64,000 nucleotides of DNA from Neisseriaceae bacterium (GTDB lineage: Bacteria > Pseudomonadota > Gammaproteobacteria > Burkholderiales > Neisseriaceae). Below, in pieces: positions 51,245 to 61,903 of the stretch; position 1 is the stretch's first letter; every line of letters begins with the position of its first letter. The stretch is taken from the NCBI GenBank assembly GCA_017934045.1, contig JAGBKK010000019.1:1-64000 (forward strand), read 5' to 3'. The translations under genes were made by a program, and so were the position numbers. The notes under the pieces are model-generated. The model made no database searches. It was not told the origin of the DNA and saw only the letters and a program-made list of their open reading frames with translations.

Positions 51245-52072
51245 TTATTTCTTTTTTGCACCAAAATTGCCGTAGATTTCTTTGTTTTGATGTTTCGCAT
51301 AAAAATCGCCTGCCATTTCTTGGGCGTTTTTGCCGTAAAAATAACCGCTGTGAATGCCGCCATTATTCACTTTCACAATTTCATTGCCGTCAATTTTGGC
51401 TTGTACGCTGTGTGTACCAAATTGATCCAAAGCCACTGTGCCTTTAACGGTTTTTGCCCCAAAATCCACATCAAACGATGACGAACCTTTGGATACCGCA
51501 CGGTCGCTTGCTCGATAGGCAATCGCATAGCCTGTGTATTTTGCTGTGCCTGTTTGTGGCATTTGTTTTTCGTCTGTGGCATAGCCTTGATAGAACACAT
51601 AATCGGTTTTTTCTTTATCATACAACACCACGCCGTAACGGGTATACGACAAATTTGCTCCGATAAATGAACGAATGCCCTTTGCTTTGTCGTCTGTTTC
51701 AATCACGGTTTTATCGGTGTTGCCTGTGGGAATAATTTGAAATTGTCTGCCGTCTAAATTCATTAGCCGAAAATCGTTTTGTGGATAACCGTCTTCGGCA
51801 TTTGCCTGTCCATCAGTCGGCGAACGCACTGCCTTGCCATTTTCATACACCAAATAATCACGCCAATACATTGTTTGCCCTTGTTGTTCAGGCAAGTGAT
51901 TGTTTGTGTTGGGCGTGTTGTTCTGATTGCCTCCGCCATTCGTAATGTTAATCGACACATTGGGATTAACGCTGCTGTTCAAAGAAACGCCATATTCACT
52001 ATCACCACCGCCACCACAAGCGGTCAGTGTGAGCAAGGCAAGAATAGATAATGTTGAAAATGTACGCATCAT
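51245..52072 (-). CDS. surface lipoprotein with TbpB/fHbp-like C-terminal beta-barrel domain
   Basis: LLTLTAC lipobox, a Gly/Asn-rich linker, and a C-terminus (...FDVDFGAKTVKGTV...GYFYGKNAQEMAGDF...GNFGAKKK) that matches the conserved 8-strand barrel of the TbpB/HpuA/fHbp lipoprotein family. Confidence 0.65.
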   Translation of the reverse strand: MMRTFSTLSILALLTLTACGGGGDSEYGVSLNSSVNPNVSINITNGGGNQNNTPNTNNHLPEQQGQTMYWRDYLVYENGKAVRSPTDGQANAEDGYPQNDFRLMNLDGRQFQIIPTGNTDKTVIETDDKAKGIRSFIGANLSYTRYGVVLYDKEKTDYVFYQGYATDEKQMPQTGTAKYTGYAIAYRASDRAVSKGSSSFDVDFGAKTVKGTVALDQFGTHSVQAKIDGNEIVKVNNGGIHSGYFYGKNAQEMAGDFYAKHQNKEIYGNFGAKKK

Positions 52073-52277
52073 TGTTTGTCCTGTGTTGTTTCAAAAACAA
52101 CACTATAAATAATGCCCAACAAAATGTCGAGAAAATCGCCTGATTAAAGGCGTGGTGATTTTTGAATTTTATGTAAGTTATTGATATATATATGATAAAA
52201 AAGTAACACTTTTCAGGCAGCCTGAAAACAAAAAAGCGAAGAACAGACATTCTTCGCTTGTTGTTTTCAGCCCATAT

Positions 52278-53261
52278 TTACAACATTTCTTTGCGTAATT
52301 CATCGGCTGATTTGGGCGACAATAACGCAGGAGCAATATCAAACACCGTATAAGCACCGCTTTGACCTTGTTGGTTTAAGCGGAAAGCGGCTCGTGCATA
52401 CGCTACGAGTACGCTTGCGGTAAATTCAGGATTGGAATCCAATTTCAGCGAAAATTCAATAATATGATTTTTTTCATTATTTTCGCCCGTTTTGCCACTT
52501 CGTAACACAAAACCGCCGTGCGGAATGCCGCCGTGTTCGCGTTTTAAAGTTTCCAAGTCGATAAAATGCACGGTGGTGTCGTAATCGGCAAAATAGTTGG
52601 GCATGGTTTTGATTTCATGCTCAATTTTTGCTTTATCTGCCCCATCTTTAACCACCACAAAGCACTCACGCAAATGTTTTTCGCGGGTGCTTAAATCAGG
52701 GTTTTTGCCTTGACGCACGCTTTCCAAAGCGGTTTCAATCGGCACGGTGTATTGGCGTGCGTCCAAAACGCCGTCAATACGGCGAATAGCGTCCGAATGC
52801 CCTTGACTCACCCCTTTGCCCCAGAAAGTATAACTGTTGCCGTTGGTCAGCACACTTTCGCCAATTAAGCGATTAAGCGAGAACAAACCAGGGTCCCAGC
52901 CCACCGCAATCACGCCAACATTTTTGCCACCTTTGGCAGCAGAATCCACCGCCGCAAAATGTTCAGGAATTTTGGCGTGGGTATCAAAACTATCCACCAC
53001 ATTAAAATATTTAACAAATTCAGGAGTTTGCGTAGGCAAATCAGTCGCACTGCCACCGCACAACACCAATACATCAAATTTGCCTTTGTGATTTAAGATT
53101 TCATCAACCGAAAACACAGACGCACCGTAAGTTTTCACAGACGCAGGATTACGACGCGTAAAAACGCCGTAAAATGCCATATCAGGGCAATTTTGCACGG
53201 CCAATTCCACGCCGCGTCCCAAATTGCCATAACCCAAAACAGCGATTTTAATTTTATTCAT
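52278..53261 (-). CDS. ddh: meso-diaminopimelate D-dehydrogenase
   Basis: Near-collinear match, from memory, to Corynebacterium Ddh: IAVLGYGNLGRGVE, LCGGSATD, GWDPGLFSLNRL, FWGKGVSQGHSDAIRRI, QSGAYTVFDIAPALLSP. 327 aa. Confidence 0.8.
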   Translation of the reverse strand: MNKIKIAVLGYGNLGRGVELAVQNCPDMAFYGVFTRRNPASVKTYGASVFSVDEILNHKGKFDVLVLCGGSATDLPTQTPEFVKYFNVVDSFDTHAKIPEHFAAVDSAAKGGKNVGVIAVGWDPGLFSLNRLIGESVLTNGNSYTFWGKGVSQGHSDAIRRIDGVLDARQYTVPIETALESVRQGKNPDLSTREKHLRECFVVVKDGADKAKIEHEIKTMPNYFADYDTTVHFIDLETLKREHGGIPHGGFVLRSGKTGENNEKNHIIEFSLKLDSNPEFTASVLVAYARAAFRLNQQGQSGAYTVFDIAPALLSPKSADELRKEML

Positions 53262-53549
53262 TGCGTTATCCTTTTTTCCACATTAGCCAGCATTATAATA
53301 CGCTCATATTGGCATAAAATTCTATTTTATCTATTTTTATGAAAATTTTTATAATGATAAATAAATTTTATTAAAATTTTATATTGATATTTTTCATTTT
53401 TGTAGAATGGATATATAAAATATTGTTGTTATTTAATATTTTGGAATTTTATTCTAAAAATAACAAAAAAACGCATTTTTATACTTATTTCAGGCAGCCT
53501 GAAAAAACGGCAGACGATTAACATCTGCCGTTCTCCATCAAACCGCTAT

Positions 53550-55793
53550 TTAACCGAACAAATCCATTCTTATTCGGTTATCGGCTTTAAGTTTATTCAC
53601 CGTTTCCACGGCACTCTTGCGATTTACTTTGCCGTGGGCTTTAATGATTTCTACCAATGCATCTGTAATGCCTGCTCCCACGGTGTTGGTGCGGCCGCAA
53701 ACATAAATCGTGGCGTTGTTGTTCATCACCCAATCAAACACCTCATGCCCATTGCGGAAAAATTCGTCCTGCACATAATAGCCTTTGTTTTCTTCGGTGA
53801 ATGTGGCACTTAAATTTGTCAAAATGCCTGCATTTAAGGCGTTTTCCCATTGATTTTGATAATGGTATCCGCCATTGCGATTGGAATTTCCAAAGAATAA
53901 CCACGCAGGTCTTGGGCGTTTTTGCAAATCTGCCAAAAAGCCTATCATCGGTGCAATACCCACGCCAGCGGCAATCATAATCACAGGATTGTCGTTGTTT
54001 TCAATATGAAAATCGGTATAACGCAAGGTGGCGTTGATTGCTTCACCAATGTTCAATTTTTCAATCAAATAGGAAGAACATTTGCCTTTTTGGGCTTTGC
54101 CGTGTTCATCTTGAAAAACATTCATACCCACCGTCAGCCGCAGTAAATCGCTGTTTTGTGATGATGAACCGACCGAATAACTGCGGGGCGTTTTGCTGTT
54201 GGGTGGGGTAATCATCAGCAAATCGCCGCCTTGATACACCACATTTTCAGGCAGCCTGAACAATAATTCCCACGCTTCGCGTTTGGCAGTGTCGTTATCC
54301 AAACGATTTTTCGCCACCAAAACCGCTTGCACAGGCTGATCGCCTTGTGGTTGTGCGTCTTGCTTGGGCATATCGTTTGCCACACCACACAAGGCAAACA
54401 CTTCGCTTAACCATTCTTTCCACATTTTGGTGGGCGAACCGTCCGCACATTTCATCGATAGCACTTCATTTGCCCCTGCGTTTTTTAACGCACAATCCAA
54501 GGCTTTACCGCCACCGCAGAAGTTTTTAAATTCCGAATCACCCAACGCCAATAAAGCATATTGCAATTTAGGCAATTTGGCATTTGTCAAACTTTTGAAT
54601 AATTCTTTGCCACTGTCAGGCACTTCGCCATCGCCTGCGGTAGAACAAATCATCAAGCACAACGATTGTTTTTGTAAGATTTCAGGCGTAATGCCTGCCA
54701 TAGAAACTGCCTGCGTTTGAATGCCTTTTTCGGCAAACGCTTTGGCGGTTTTATGGGCTAATTTTTCCGCATTGCCTGTTTGTGTGGCGTAGATAATCAT
54801 CATATTATCGGTTAAATTTTGAGCTGATTTTTTATCCGCACTGTTTTTCAGGCTGCGTCTAATATAAGTATAAACACCTGATAATAAAAAGAAAAATAAA
54901 ACACCGCCAATAACTAAATTAGCAGGTTTAGACGATTTGCCAGCCCATTCGCCCAAGTGCAACATACGAACATAATTCGGTTTCATTGGCGGATTTTCTT
55001 TTAAAGAGCCGTCTTTTTGCACCGTAAAGTTTTTCAGGCTGCCTGAAACACTCATCGTAACCGTTGTGCCAAATTTACCTTGTGCCACCGACACCACATT
55101 CGGCAAATCACCTTGTTCGTTGATATGATTCAAAATTCGCACCATCGGCAGACCATCAGGTTTGCCTTTGGGCTTACCGCCGTGTCCGCCTTGCTGTCCT
55201 TGTGGGCGTTCCATTTTAGGCATAGCACCAAAATACCAATGGTGCGACATCATCACCGCCGTTACAGGCAACATTAACCACAACGGCAATAAAATCACGC
55301 CTATTGCATTATGCCAAGAAATCAAAGACTTATGAAATTGCGGTTTCACCATAAACACCAAGCCAATGAACATTAAACCCACCATTGCCCACGACGCAAT
55401 TTCCGCAATCAATTTACCTGTTTTGCCGAATAATAAATTTTTGTGTAAGCCTTTGGCAGTATTATAAATTTTAGAATCCATACCGCCTGTTTTGACTTTG
55501 GTCGCACTTTCCAAAGAATATGCCGTCAGTTGAGCATCACGACCACCATCAACCCACAATAGATTGGGGTTATCAGCGTCCGTATAAATGGAGGCTGCCT
55601 GAACGCCTTGTTGATTTAAAGTTTCTACCGTTCTTAAAACTTGTGGTGCTTGATTTCCCCAAGCCTGTTGCGAATAATTGGGTGCGATAAAATCACCCAC
55701 CGCCAAAATCAAGCCAGTCGTTAAAATCAATGCAAAAATAGGAGCCAAAATCAGCCCCACATAACGATGAATTTGCCAAAATAAATTTTTCAT
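53550..55793 (-). CDS. PepSY-TM / flavodoxin / FAD-NAD(P) oxidoreductase (sulfite-reductase-flavoprotein-like; putative ferric/siderophore reductase)
   Basis: N-terminal PepSY-associated TM helices. Flavodoxin domain (IIYATQTGNAEKLA). FNR-like domain with RSYSVGSS FAD motif and a C-terminal NAD(P)-binding region. Confidence 0.7.
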   Translation of the reverse strand: MKNLFWQIHRYVGLILAPIFALILTTGLILAVGDFIAPNYSQQAWGNQAPQVLRTVETLNQQGVQAASIYTDADNPNLLWVDGGRDAQLTAYSLESATKVKTGGMDSKIYNTAKGLHKNLLFGKTGKLIAEIASWAMVGLMFIGLVFMVKPQFHKSLISWHNAIGVILLPLWLMLPVTAVMMSHHWYFGAMPKMERPQGQQGGHGGKPKGKPDGLPMVRILNHINEQGDLPNVVSVAQGKFGTTVTMSVSGSLKNFTVQKDGSLKENPPMKPNYVRMLHLGEWAGKSSKPANLVIGGVLFFFLLSGVYTYIRRSLKNSADKKSAQNLTDNMMIIYATQTGNAEKLAHKTAKAFAEKGIQTQAVSMAGITPEILQKQSLCLMICSTAGDGEVPDSGKELFKSLTNAKLPKLQYALLALGDSEFKNFCGGGKALDCALKNAGANEVLSMKCADGSPTKMWKEWLSEVFALCGVANDMPKQDAQPQGDQPVQAVLVAKNRLDNDTAKREAWELLFRLPENVVYQGGDLLMITPPNSKTPRSYSVGSSSQNSDLLRLTVGMNVFQDEHGKAQKGKCSSYLIEKLNIGEAINATLRYTDFHIENNDNPVIMIAAGVGIAPMIGFLADLQKRPRPAWLFFGNSNRNGGYHYQNQWENALNAGILTNLSATFTEENKGYYVQDEFFRNGHEVFDWVMNNNATIYVCGRTNTVGAGITDALVEIIKAHGKVNRKSAVETVNKLKADNRIRMDLFG

Positions 55794-56095
55794 ATCAAAT
55801 GATTCCGTAAAAAATTCAATAATTTTTCAACATCATACGAAATGGTATGACACATATACTTAATTTTTACTGAATATTATCATACCGTACCGAAAATCAT
55901 CATACCGCAGCAAAACGTATTATTATAAGGACAAAATTTACCACAACAAAACAATTAAAGTGTTGTATTGTTACAACAAACAAATTTTGACCAAAAAATT
56001 AAATTAACTTATTGTTATTATTAAATTTTTACTTATTTTTTAAGTGTTATTTTCTTGCCCTACCCTGCCCTGAAAAAGCATTTTTTCACACCGTA

Positions 56096-56125
56096 GATAT
56101 TGACAGAAACCGCTTGCTTTTTTAT
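56096..56125 (+). promoter_or_regulatory. sigma70-type promoter (TTGACA-17 bp-TATAGT) for the OmpA-family gene, followed by a ~115-nt structured leader
   Basis: TTGACAgaaaccgcttgcttttttaTAGTGT has a consensus -35 and a near-consensus -10 with 17-bp spacing. The leader contains two hairpins (TTAACCG...CGGTTAA, TTAATCCA...TGGATTAA) and a GAGGGA Shine-Dalgarno. Confidence 0.5.
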
Positions 56126-56242
56126 AGTGTCAATCAGGATTAACCGTTGTGGGCGTTATTGCAGCTCTGCGGTTAATGAATTGTAAAACTTTAATCCACC
56201 CTTGGATTAAGTGTTGCGTAATTTTACGATGAGGGAATAACA

Positions 56243-56908
56243 ATGACCAAACAGCTTAAACTGACTGCATTAGTTGTTGCATTAGTCGCTTCTGCTGGTG
56301 CAATGGCACACGAAAAAAATGGTTATACCATTAGTCAGGAATCTCGCGAAGTTGTTCGCAATGCCTATGGCGAATGTTGGAAAAACGACTTCTTCAACAA
56401 AGAAACACATGGCTTGGTAGAATGCGGCGACAAAGAAGCCGAAAAACCCATGGTGCCTGTTGTTCGTGAAGAAGAAAAAGTCATTCGCTTGCAAGCTAAC
56501 TTCTTATTCGGTTTTGACAAAGCCACCTTGCGTCCTGAAGCTAAACAAACTTTGAATCAAGTGGCTCAAGAAGTTTCCGCTTCTGATGTGCAATCTATCC
56601 GCATTGAAGGTCATACCGACTTTATGGGTTCAGAAAAATACAACCAAGCATTGTCTGAAAAACGTGCCAAAGCCGTGGCTGATTACTTGGTTGCACAAGG
56701 CGTAGATCAAGGCAAAGTGGCTGCCGTGGTTGGCTTGGGTGAAACCCAACAACAAATGCAAGCACAATGCGAAAGCGAAGTTAAAGGCATTAAGAGCAAA
56801 TCTAAACGCCGTACTGCTTTGATTGCATGTATCGAACCTGACCGCCGTGTTGATGTTCGCTTGAACAAACGCGTGGTTGAACGCTACGAAGAAATGCAAC
56901 AACAATAA
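56243..56908 (+). CDS. OmpA-family peptidoglycan-associated outer membrane protein (RmpM-like)
   Basis: Signal peptide. C-terminal OmpA_C domain ([11 protein letters not shown]...[25 protein letters not shown]). 221 aa. Confidence 0.8.
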   Translation: MTKQLKLTALVVALVASAGAMAHEKNGYTISQESREVVRNAYGECWKNDFFNKETHGLVECGDKEAEKPMVPVVREEEKVIRLQANFLFGFDKATLRPEAKQTLNQVAQEVSASDVQSIRIEGHTDFMGSEKYNQALSEKRAKAVADYLVAQGVDQGKVAAVVGLGETQQQMQAQCESEVKGIKSKSKRRTALIACIEPDRRVDVRLNKRVVERYEEMQQQ

Positions 56909-57145
56909 TTTCTTGTTTGTGTATTTCAAAAATTCCAGTGTTTTCGCACTGGAATTTTTTTTTGCTTTTTTCAGGCTGCCTGAAAGAAACCCCCTGCAAA
57001 ACTCGTCATTCTGAGTTTTCCGTAGGGAAATGACGAATGATAAAAAAGTAGGTTTTGTAGGGGTTTCTAAAAACAAAAAAGCAACCTGAAATCGCTTTCA
57101 GGCTGCCTGAAACACAGTTTCCCTGTTTTCTCTTTTGATTATGTG

Positions 57146-59419
57146 TTACGCATATTTCTGACGCAATTGTTTGGCGACTTTTACCATCAATTCCAACGCT
57201 GCACGGGTTTCAGGCCATGCACGGGTTTTTAAGCCGCAGTCGGGATTCACCCACAAGCGCTCGATAGGGATTACTTTTAACGCTTTTTCTAAAAGGTGCG
57301 TTAATTCCGTCTCTGTGGGGACGCGTGGGCTGTGAATGTCATATACACCTGGTCCAATGTCGTTGGGGTATTTGAATTTCACGAATGCGTCCAACAATTC
57401 CATATCAGAACGAGATGTTTCAATGGTAATCACATCAGCGTCCATCGCGGCAATGGCAGGCAGAATATCGTTAAATTCGGAATAGCACATATGGGTGTGA
57501 ATTTGCGTGCTGTCGGCTACACCACTGCTTGACAGGCGGAAGCAACGACCAGCCCACGCTAAATAAGCGTCCCAGTCGGCTCGTTTTAACGGCAAGCCTT
57601 CGCGAATGGCAGGTTCGTCAATTTGAATCACCTTAATGCCTGCTTTTTCTAAATCCAAAACTTCGTCATTTAACGCTAATGCGATTTGTTCGCACACTTG
57701 ACTTCTTGGAATGTCGTTACGCACAAACGACCATTGCAACATCGTTACAGGACCTGTGAGCATACCTTTCATCGGGCGTTTTGTTAATGTTTGAGCGTAT
57801 GAAGACCACGCAACCGTCATCGCTTTGGGGCGAGTTACATCGCCAAAAATAATCGGCGGTTTCACGCAACGACTGCCGTAACTTTGCACCCAACCGAATT
57901 GTGTAAAGGTGTAGCCGTCCATTTGTTCGCCAAAATATTCCACCATATCGTTGCGTTCGGCTTCGCCATGCACAGGCACATCAATGTCCAATTCTTCTTG
58001 AACTTGCACCACATAGGCGATTTCTTTTTTCATTGCGTTTTCATAATCTGCCGCAGACAGCGTGCCTTTTTTGAACGCCGCACGAGCCTGACGAATTTCG
58101 GTGGTTTGTGGGAAAGAACCAATGGTTGTGGTGGGCAACAAGGGTAAGTTCAGCACTGCTTGTTGGGCTTTAATGCGAGTGGCGAAATCGCTTTGGCGTT
58201 GGTCGGCATTCGCAGGCAGTGCCGCAATGCGTTGTTTGACTTCTGCTTTATGAATAAGCGGACTATTTGCACGGCTATTTGCCGCTTTGTCGCTTGCTGC
58301 AAATTCAGCAGCAACTGCGTCTAAACCGTTATTCAAAGCGGTTTTCAGGGTGCCTATTTCGCCTAATTTTTGCACGCCAAACGCTAACCATTCTTTGATT
58401 TCACTTGACAATTTTTCTTCCACGCCCAAATCTTGGGGCGAATGCAATAAAGAACACGAAGACGACACCCACAAACGATTGCCCAATTTATCTGCCACAG
58501 GTTTCAGCGTTTCAAACACAGAACGCAAGTTTGCACGCCACACATTGCGACCGTCAATTACCCCTGCGGATAAGACTTTATCTTCTTTCAGGCTGCCTGA
58601 AAATACGGATAATTGTTCAGGAGCTCGCACGCAATCAATATGCACGCCTGCGATAGGTAAATTGTTAATTAAATCAATATGTTCGGAAACGCTGCCAAAA
58701 TAAGTGCCAAGCAAAATTTTGATACCTGTTTGGGCTAATTCTGCATACACTTTTTGGCATTGACTTAACCATTCTTGGGGTAAATCCAACGCCAAAATCG
58801 GCTCATCAATTTGCACCCATTCAACATTCAAAGCTTTGATTTCGTCCAAAATTTGACGATAAACAGGCAAGAGTTTATCCAATAAATTCAAACGATTAAA
58901 TTCGCCACCTTTGGTTTTGCCCAACCACAACAAAGACAATGCCCCCACAATAGTTGGTTTCACTTGAACGCCGTCTTTTTGTGCTTCCACAATTTGGGCT
59001 TTCAGGCTGCCTGAAACCGCTTGGAATGTAGTATTTTCAGACCATTCAGGCACTAAATAGTGATAATTGGTATCGAACCATTTGGTCATTTCCAACGCAG
59101 GCTGTTCTTTATTGCCACGAGCCAACTCAAAGTATTGTTTCATCGACAAATTTTGAACATCAAAACCAAAACGAGACGGAATTGCCCCCACCAAAACTTG
59201 CGTATCCAGCATATGGTCATACAAAGAAAAATCGCCCACAGGGATTAAATCAATGCCAGCGGCTTTTTGTAAGTCTCTGTTAATTTTACGAATTTGTGAA
59301 GCAGTAGCCAAAACATCTTGTTCAGACGCTTCCCCTTTCCAATATTTTTCAACACAAAACTTCAATTCGCGTTTTGCCCCAACGCGTGGAAACCCCGAAA
59401 TATGCGTGGTAATTGCCAT
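57146..59419 (-). CDS. metE: 5-methyltetrahydropteroyltriglutamate--homocysteine S-methyltransferase (cobalamin-independent methionine synthase)
   Basis: [21 protein letters not shown]-terminus, two UroD-like barrels, Zn ligands (H..C..E..C) in the C-terminal domain. ~757 aa. Confidence 0.9.
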   Translation of the reverse strand: MAITTHISGFPRVGAKRELKFCVEKYWKGEASEQDVLATASQIRKINRDLQKAAGIDLIPVGDFSLYDHMLDTQVLVGAIPSRFGFDVQNLSMKQYFELARGNKEQPALEMTKWFDTNYHYLVPEWSENTTFQAVSGSLKAQIVEAQKDGVQVKPTIVGALSLLWLGKTKGGEFNRLNLLDKLLPVYRQILDEIKALNVEWVQIDEPILALDLPQEWLSQCQKVYAELAQTGIKILLGTYFGSVSEHIDLINNLPIAGVHIDCVRAPEQLSVFSGSLKEDKVLSAGVIDGRNVWRANLRSVFETLKPVADKLGNRLWVSSSCSLLHSPQDLGVEEKLSSEIKEWLAFGVQKLGEIGTLKTALNNGLDAVAAEFAASDKAANSRANSPLIHKAEVKQRIAALPANADQRQSDFATRIKAQQAVLNLPLLPTTTIGSFPQTTEIRQARAAFKKGTLSAADYENAMKKEIAYVVQVQEELDIDVPVHGEAERNDMVEYFGEQMDGYTFTQFGWVQSYGSRCVKPPIIFGDVTRPKAMTVAWSSYAQTLTKRPMKGMLTGPVTMLQWSFVRNDIPRSQVCEQIALALNDEVLDLEKAGIKVIQIDEPAIREGLPLKRADWDAYLAWAGRCFRLSSSGVADSTQIHTHMCYSEFNDILPAIAAMDADVITIETSRSDMELLDAFVKFKYPNDIGPGVYDIHSPRVPTETELTHLLEKALKVIPIERLWVNPDCGLKTRAWPETRAALELMVKVAKQLRQKYA

Positions 59420-59660
59420 AATAAAATCCTTAAAAATCAAAATGATAAAAAGATAGTGTCAAAACACTATCCACGATTAGGCATTATTTTCCGTGATATT
59501 GGATTATTATGCAATTTCATAATTTTGCGGTTTTGTATGAAAATTTTTAATAGAAAGGGCTTTCAGGCAGCCTTAACTTTGATCAGATAAAAAAGTGCTT
59601 TTATTTACAATAAATTTCGCTATACTACTTAACTTTGCTGACAAGCATTAGGAAAAATAA

Positions 59661-61040
59661 ATGATGAAACCCATTGTGATTGCTTTAACTTTAACACTTT
59701 GTGCCTGTGCCGCTGTGCCAAATGCCCAACAAGATATGGCAAATATTGCTTTGCCACAGGCGTGGCAACAGGGAGAAACCAAAACAGCGGACGCTTTGCC
59801 TGCTTTATGGTGGGAAGCGTTTGGCGATACAAAATTAAATGAGTTTGAAAACAAAGCGTTAGCACAAAATGTTTCCATTCAACAAGCGGCGTTTGCTTTA
59901 CAACAATCTTTGTTGCAGTTGAATTTATCCACGGCGGATTTGTTGCCGTCTTTATCTGCGTCCGCTGGTGCAAGGGCAAGCAAGGCTTTGGAAAGTGGGG
60001 CAAGCACTTCAAAAAGTTTTTCGTCTAATGCTGGTATATCGTGGCAGATTGATTTGTTTGGCAAGTTGTTAAAAGCACGCGATGTGAGCCGTTGGTCGGC
60101 AAAAGCAACGGCGGAAGATCGGCAAAAAGTGGCATTGGCCATTACCACGCAAGTGGCTGAATTATATTGGCAATTAGGCAGCCTGAATAAAAAAATTGCT
60201 TTGGCAGAACAAAATCTATCGGCGACAGAAAAATTAACCGACATTGTTCGCAGTAAATATAAGCACGGTGCGGCATCAGAAATGGATTTATTGTCGGCAG
60301 AACGCAGTTTGCGACAACAGCAATCGTCTATGGCGGCGTTGCGTCATCAGCATAATCAAACGCATAATGCTTTGGCGGTATTGGTGGGCGAAATGCCTGA
60401 AAGCGATTTTGCCGAACCCAAAGACTTGCCTCAACCTTTCAGGCTGCCTGAATTGGCGGTGAATGTCCCCAGTGAAGTGTTGGACAACCGCCCTGATATT
60501 CGTGCCACACGCGACCGTTTAATGGCGGATATGGCAACGGTGGATTTGCGTGTGCGTGATTTCTTTCCGACTTTTGGTTTGAATTTGGGTGTGTCCGCAG
60601 GTGGCAGTCAGTTGTCGAAAATTGTTGCCGATCCAGTCGGTTCGGCGGCGTTGAATGTGGCTTTGCCGTTTTTGAATTTTCCTGATAATGTGTTGAATTT
60701 AAAAGTTTCCCAAGTTAAATATCAATCTGATTTAGCGGCTTATAAAAATACACTTTATACGGCTTTATCCGAAGTGGAAAATTCATTATCGCAATATAAT
60801 CAATTAAATCAACAACATAAATTGCTAAAACAAAATTTAGAAACCACTCGCCGTTTAGAAAAAATGCGTCAAGTGCGTTATAACAATGGTGCGGACGATT
60901 TGCAAAAATTGTTAGACGCTCAAAGCGATACACGGCAGGCTGAACAAGCGGTGGTGGAAAATGAATTGGCGTTGTATCAAAATTTTCTGACACGCTATGT
61001 GGCGTTGGGCGGTAAAAATATTTTGCCTGATAAAATATAA
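59661..61040 (+). CDS. efflux transporter outer membrane factor (NodT/OprM family, probable lipoprotein)
   Basis: Signal peptide with Cys. Two OEP repeats. 459 aa, similar in size and layout to MtrE/OprM. Confidence 0.8.
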   Translation: MMKPIVIALTLTLCACAAVPNAQQDMANIALPQAWQQGETKTADALPALWWEAFGDTKLNEFENKALAQNVSIQQAAFALQQSLLQLNLSTADLLPSLSASAGARASKALESGASTSKSFSSNAGISWQIDLFGKLLKARDVSRWSAKATAEDRQKVALAITTQVAELYWQLGSLNKKIALAEQNLSATEKLTDIVRSKYKHGAASEMDLLSAERSLRQQQSSMAALRHQHNQTHNALAVLVGEMPESDFAEPKDLPQPFRLPELAVNVPSEVLDNRPDIRATRDRLMADMATVDLRVRDFFPTFGLNLGVSAGGSQLSKIVADPVGSAALNVALPFLNFPDNVLNLKVSQVKYQSDLAAYKNTLYTALSEVENSLSQYNQLNQQHKLLKQNLETTRRLEKMRQVRYNNGADDLQKLLDAQSDTRQAEQAVVENELALYQNFLTRYVALGGKNILPDKI

Positions 61041-61132
61041 AGGCGGCACGCCTATGACAGTATAAATATGCTAACGAATTGTAGTTTTGAAATATTTTGA
61101 CTATCAACTGATTTTTCAGGCAGCCTGAAACA

Positions 61133-61831
61133 ATGAATAGCCATTTAACGCATATTTTAACCATTGACGATTTAACGATTACGGTGGAACGCAAACAGGT
61201 TAAAAATATCAATTTGTCTGTTAAAAGAAATGGGCAGATTGCGGTTTCTATGCCGTATCGTGGCAAAATGGAAACGGTGGAAGCATTTGTTCGCAGTAAA
61301 TTGCCGTGGATACAAAAAACCCAAGCCAAAATAAAATCTGCCATTTCGCAAAAAACACCGCAGTTTATCAATGGCGAACAACATTTTTTATGGGGTACGC
61401 CTTATTATTTACGCATTGAAATTGCTTATCAACCTGAAATAGAAATCAAAGAAAATCAAATTATTATCAGGCTGCCTGAAAATAATACGATGGCACAACG
61501 ACAATATTTATTCGATAAATTTTATGCCCAATGCGTACAATCAAAATTATTGACGCTATTAGTACAATGGCACATCAAAATGAAAACACCGCACCCCCAA
61601 GTGCGTATTAGAAAAATGACCAGCCGTTGGGGCAGTTGCACGCCCAATAAAAAAACCATTCGCATTAACAGCGAGTTGGCAAAATATCCGCTCGAATGTT
61701 TGGAATATGTGGTGGTGCATGAATTAGCTCATTTTTATTGTGCAGGACACGGCAAAGATTTTATCGCCATAATGAACCAATTTATGCCCGATTGGCAAAA
61801 ACGCAAGGCATTGTTGGTTAAAAGAATTTAA
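61133..61831 (+). CDS. YgjP-like (DUF45) metal-dependent hydrolase
   Basis: Conserved C-terminal HELAH motif (VVVHELAHFY) and a length (232 aa) typical of the M48-like YgjP family. Confidence 0.7.
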   Translation: MNSHLTHILTIDDLTITVERKQVKNINLSVKRNGQIAVSMPYRGKMETVEAFVRSKLPWIQKTQAKIKSAISQKTPQFINGEQHFLWGTPYYLRIEIAYQPEIEIKENQIIIRLPENNTMAQRQYLFDKFYAQCVQSKLLTLLVQWHIKMKTPHPQVRIRKMTSRWGSCTPNKKTIRINSELAKYPLECLEYVVVHELAHFYCAGHGKDFIAIMNQFMPDWQKRKALLVKRI

Positions 61832-61903
61832 AAATTCCCCTTGTCAAAATGCCATATCATCTTTATATTTCACCTGTTGCAAATTTTTAAATAGCTTATT
61901 TTT

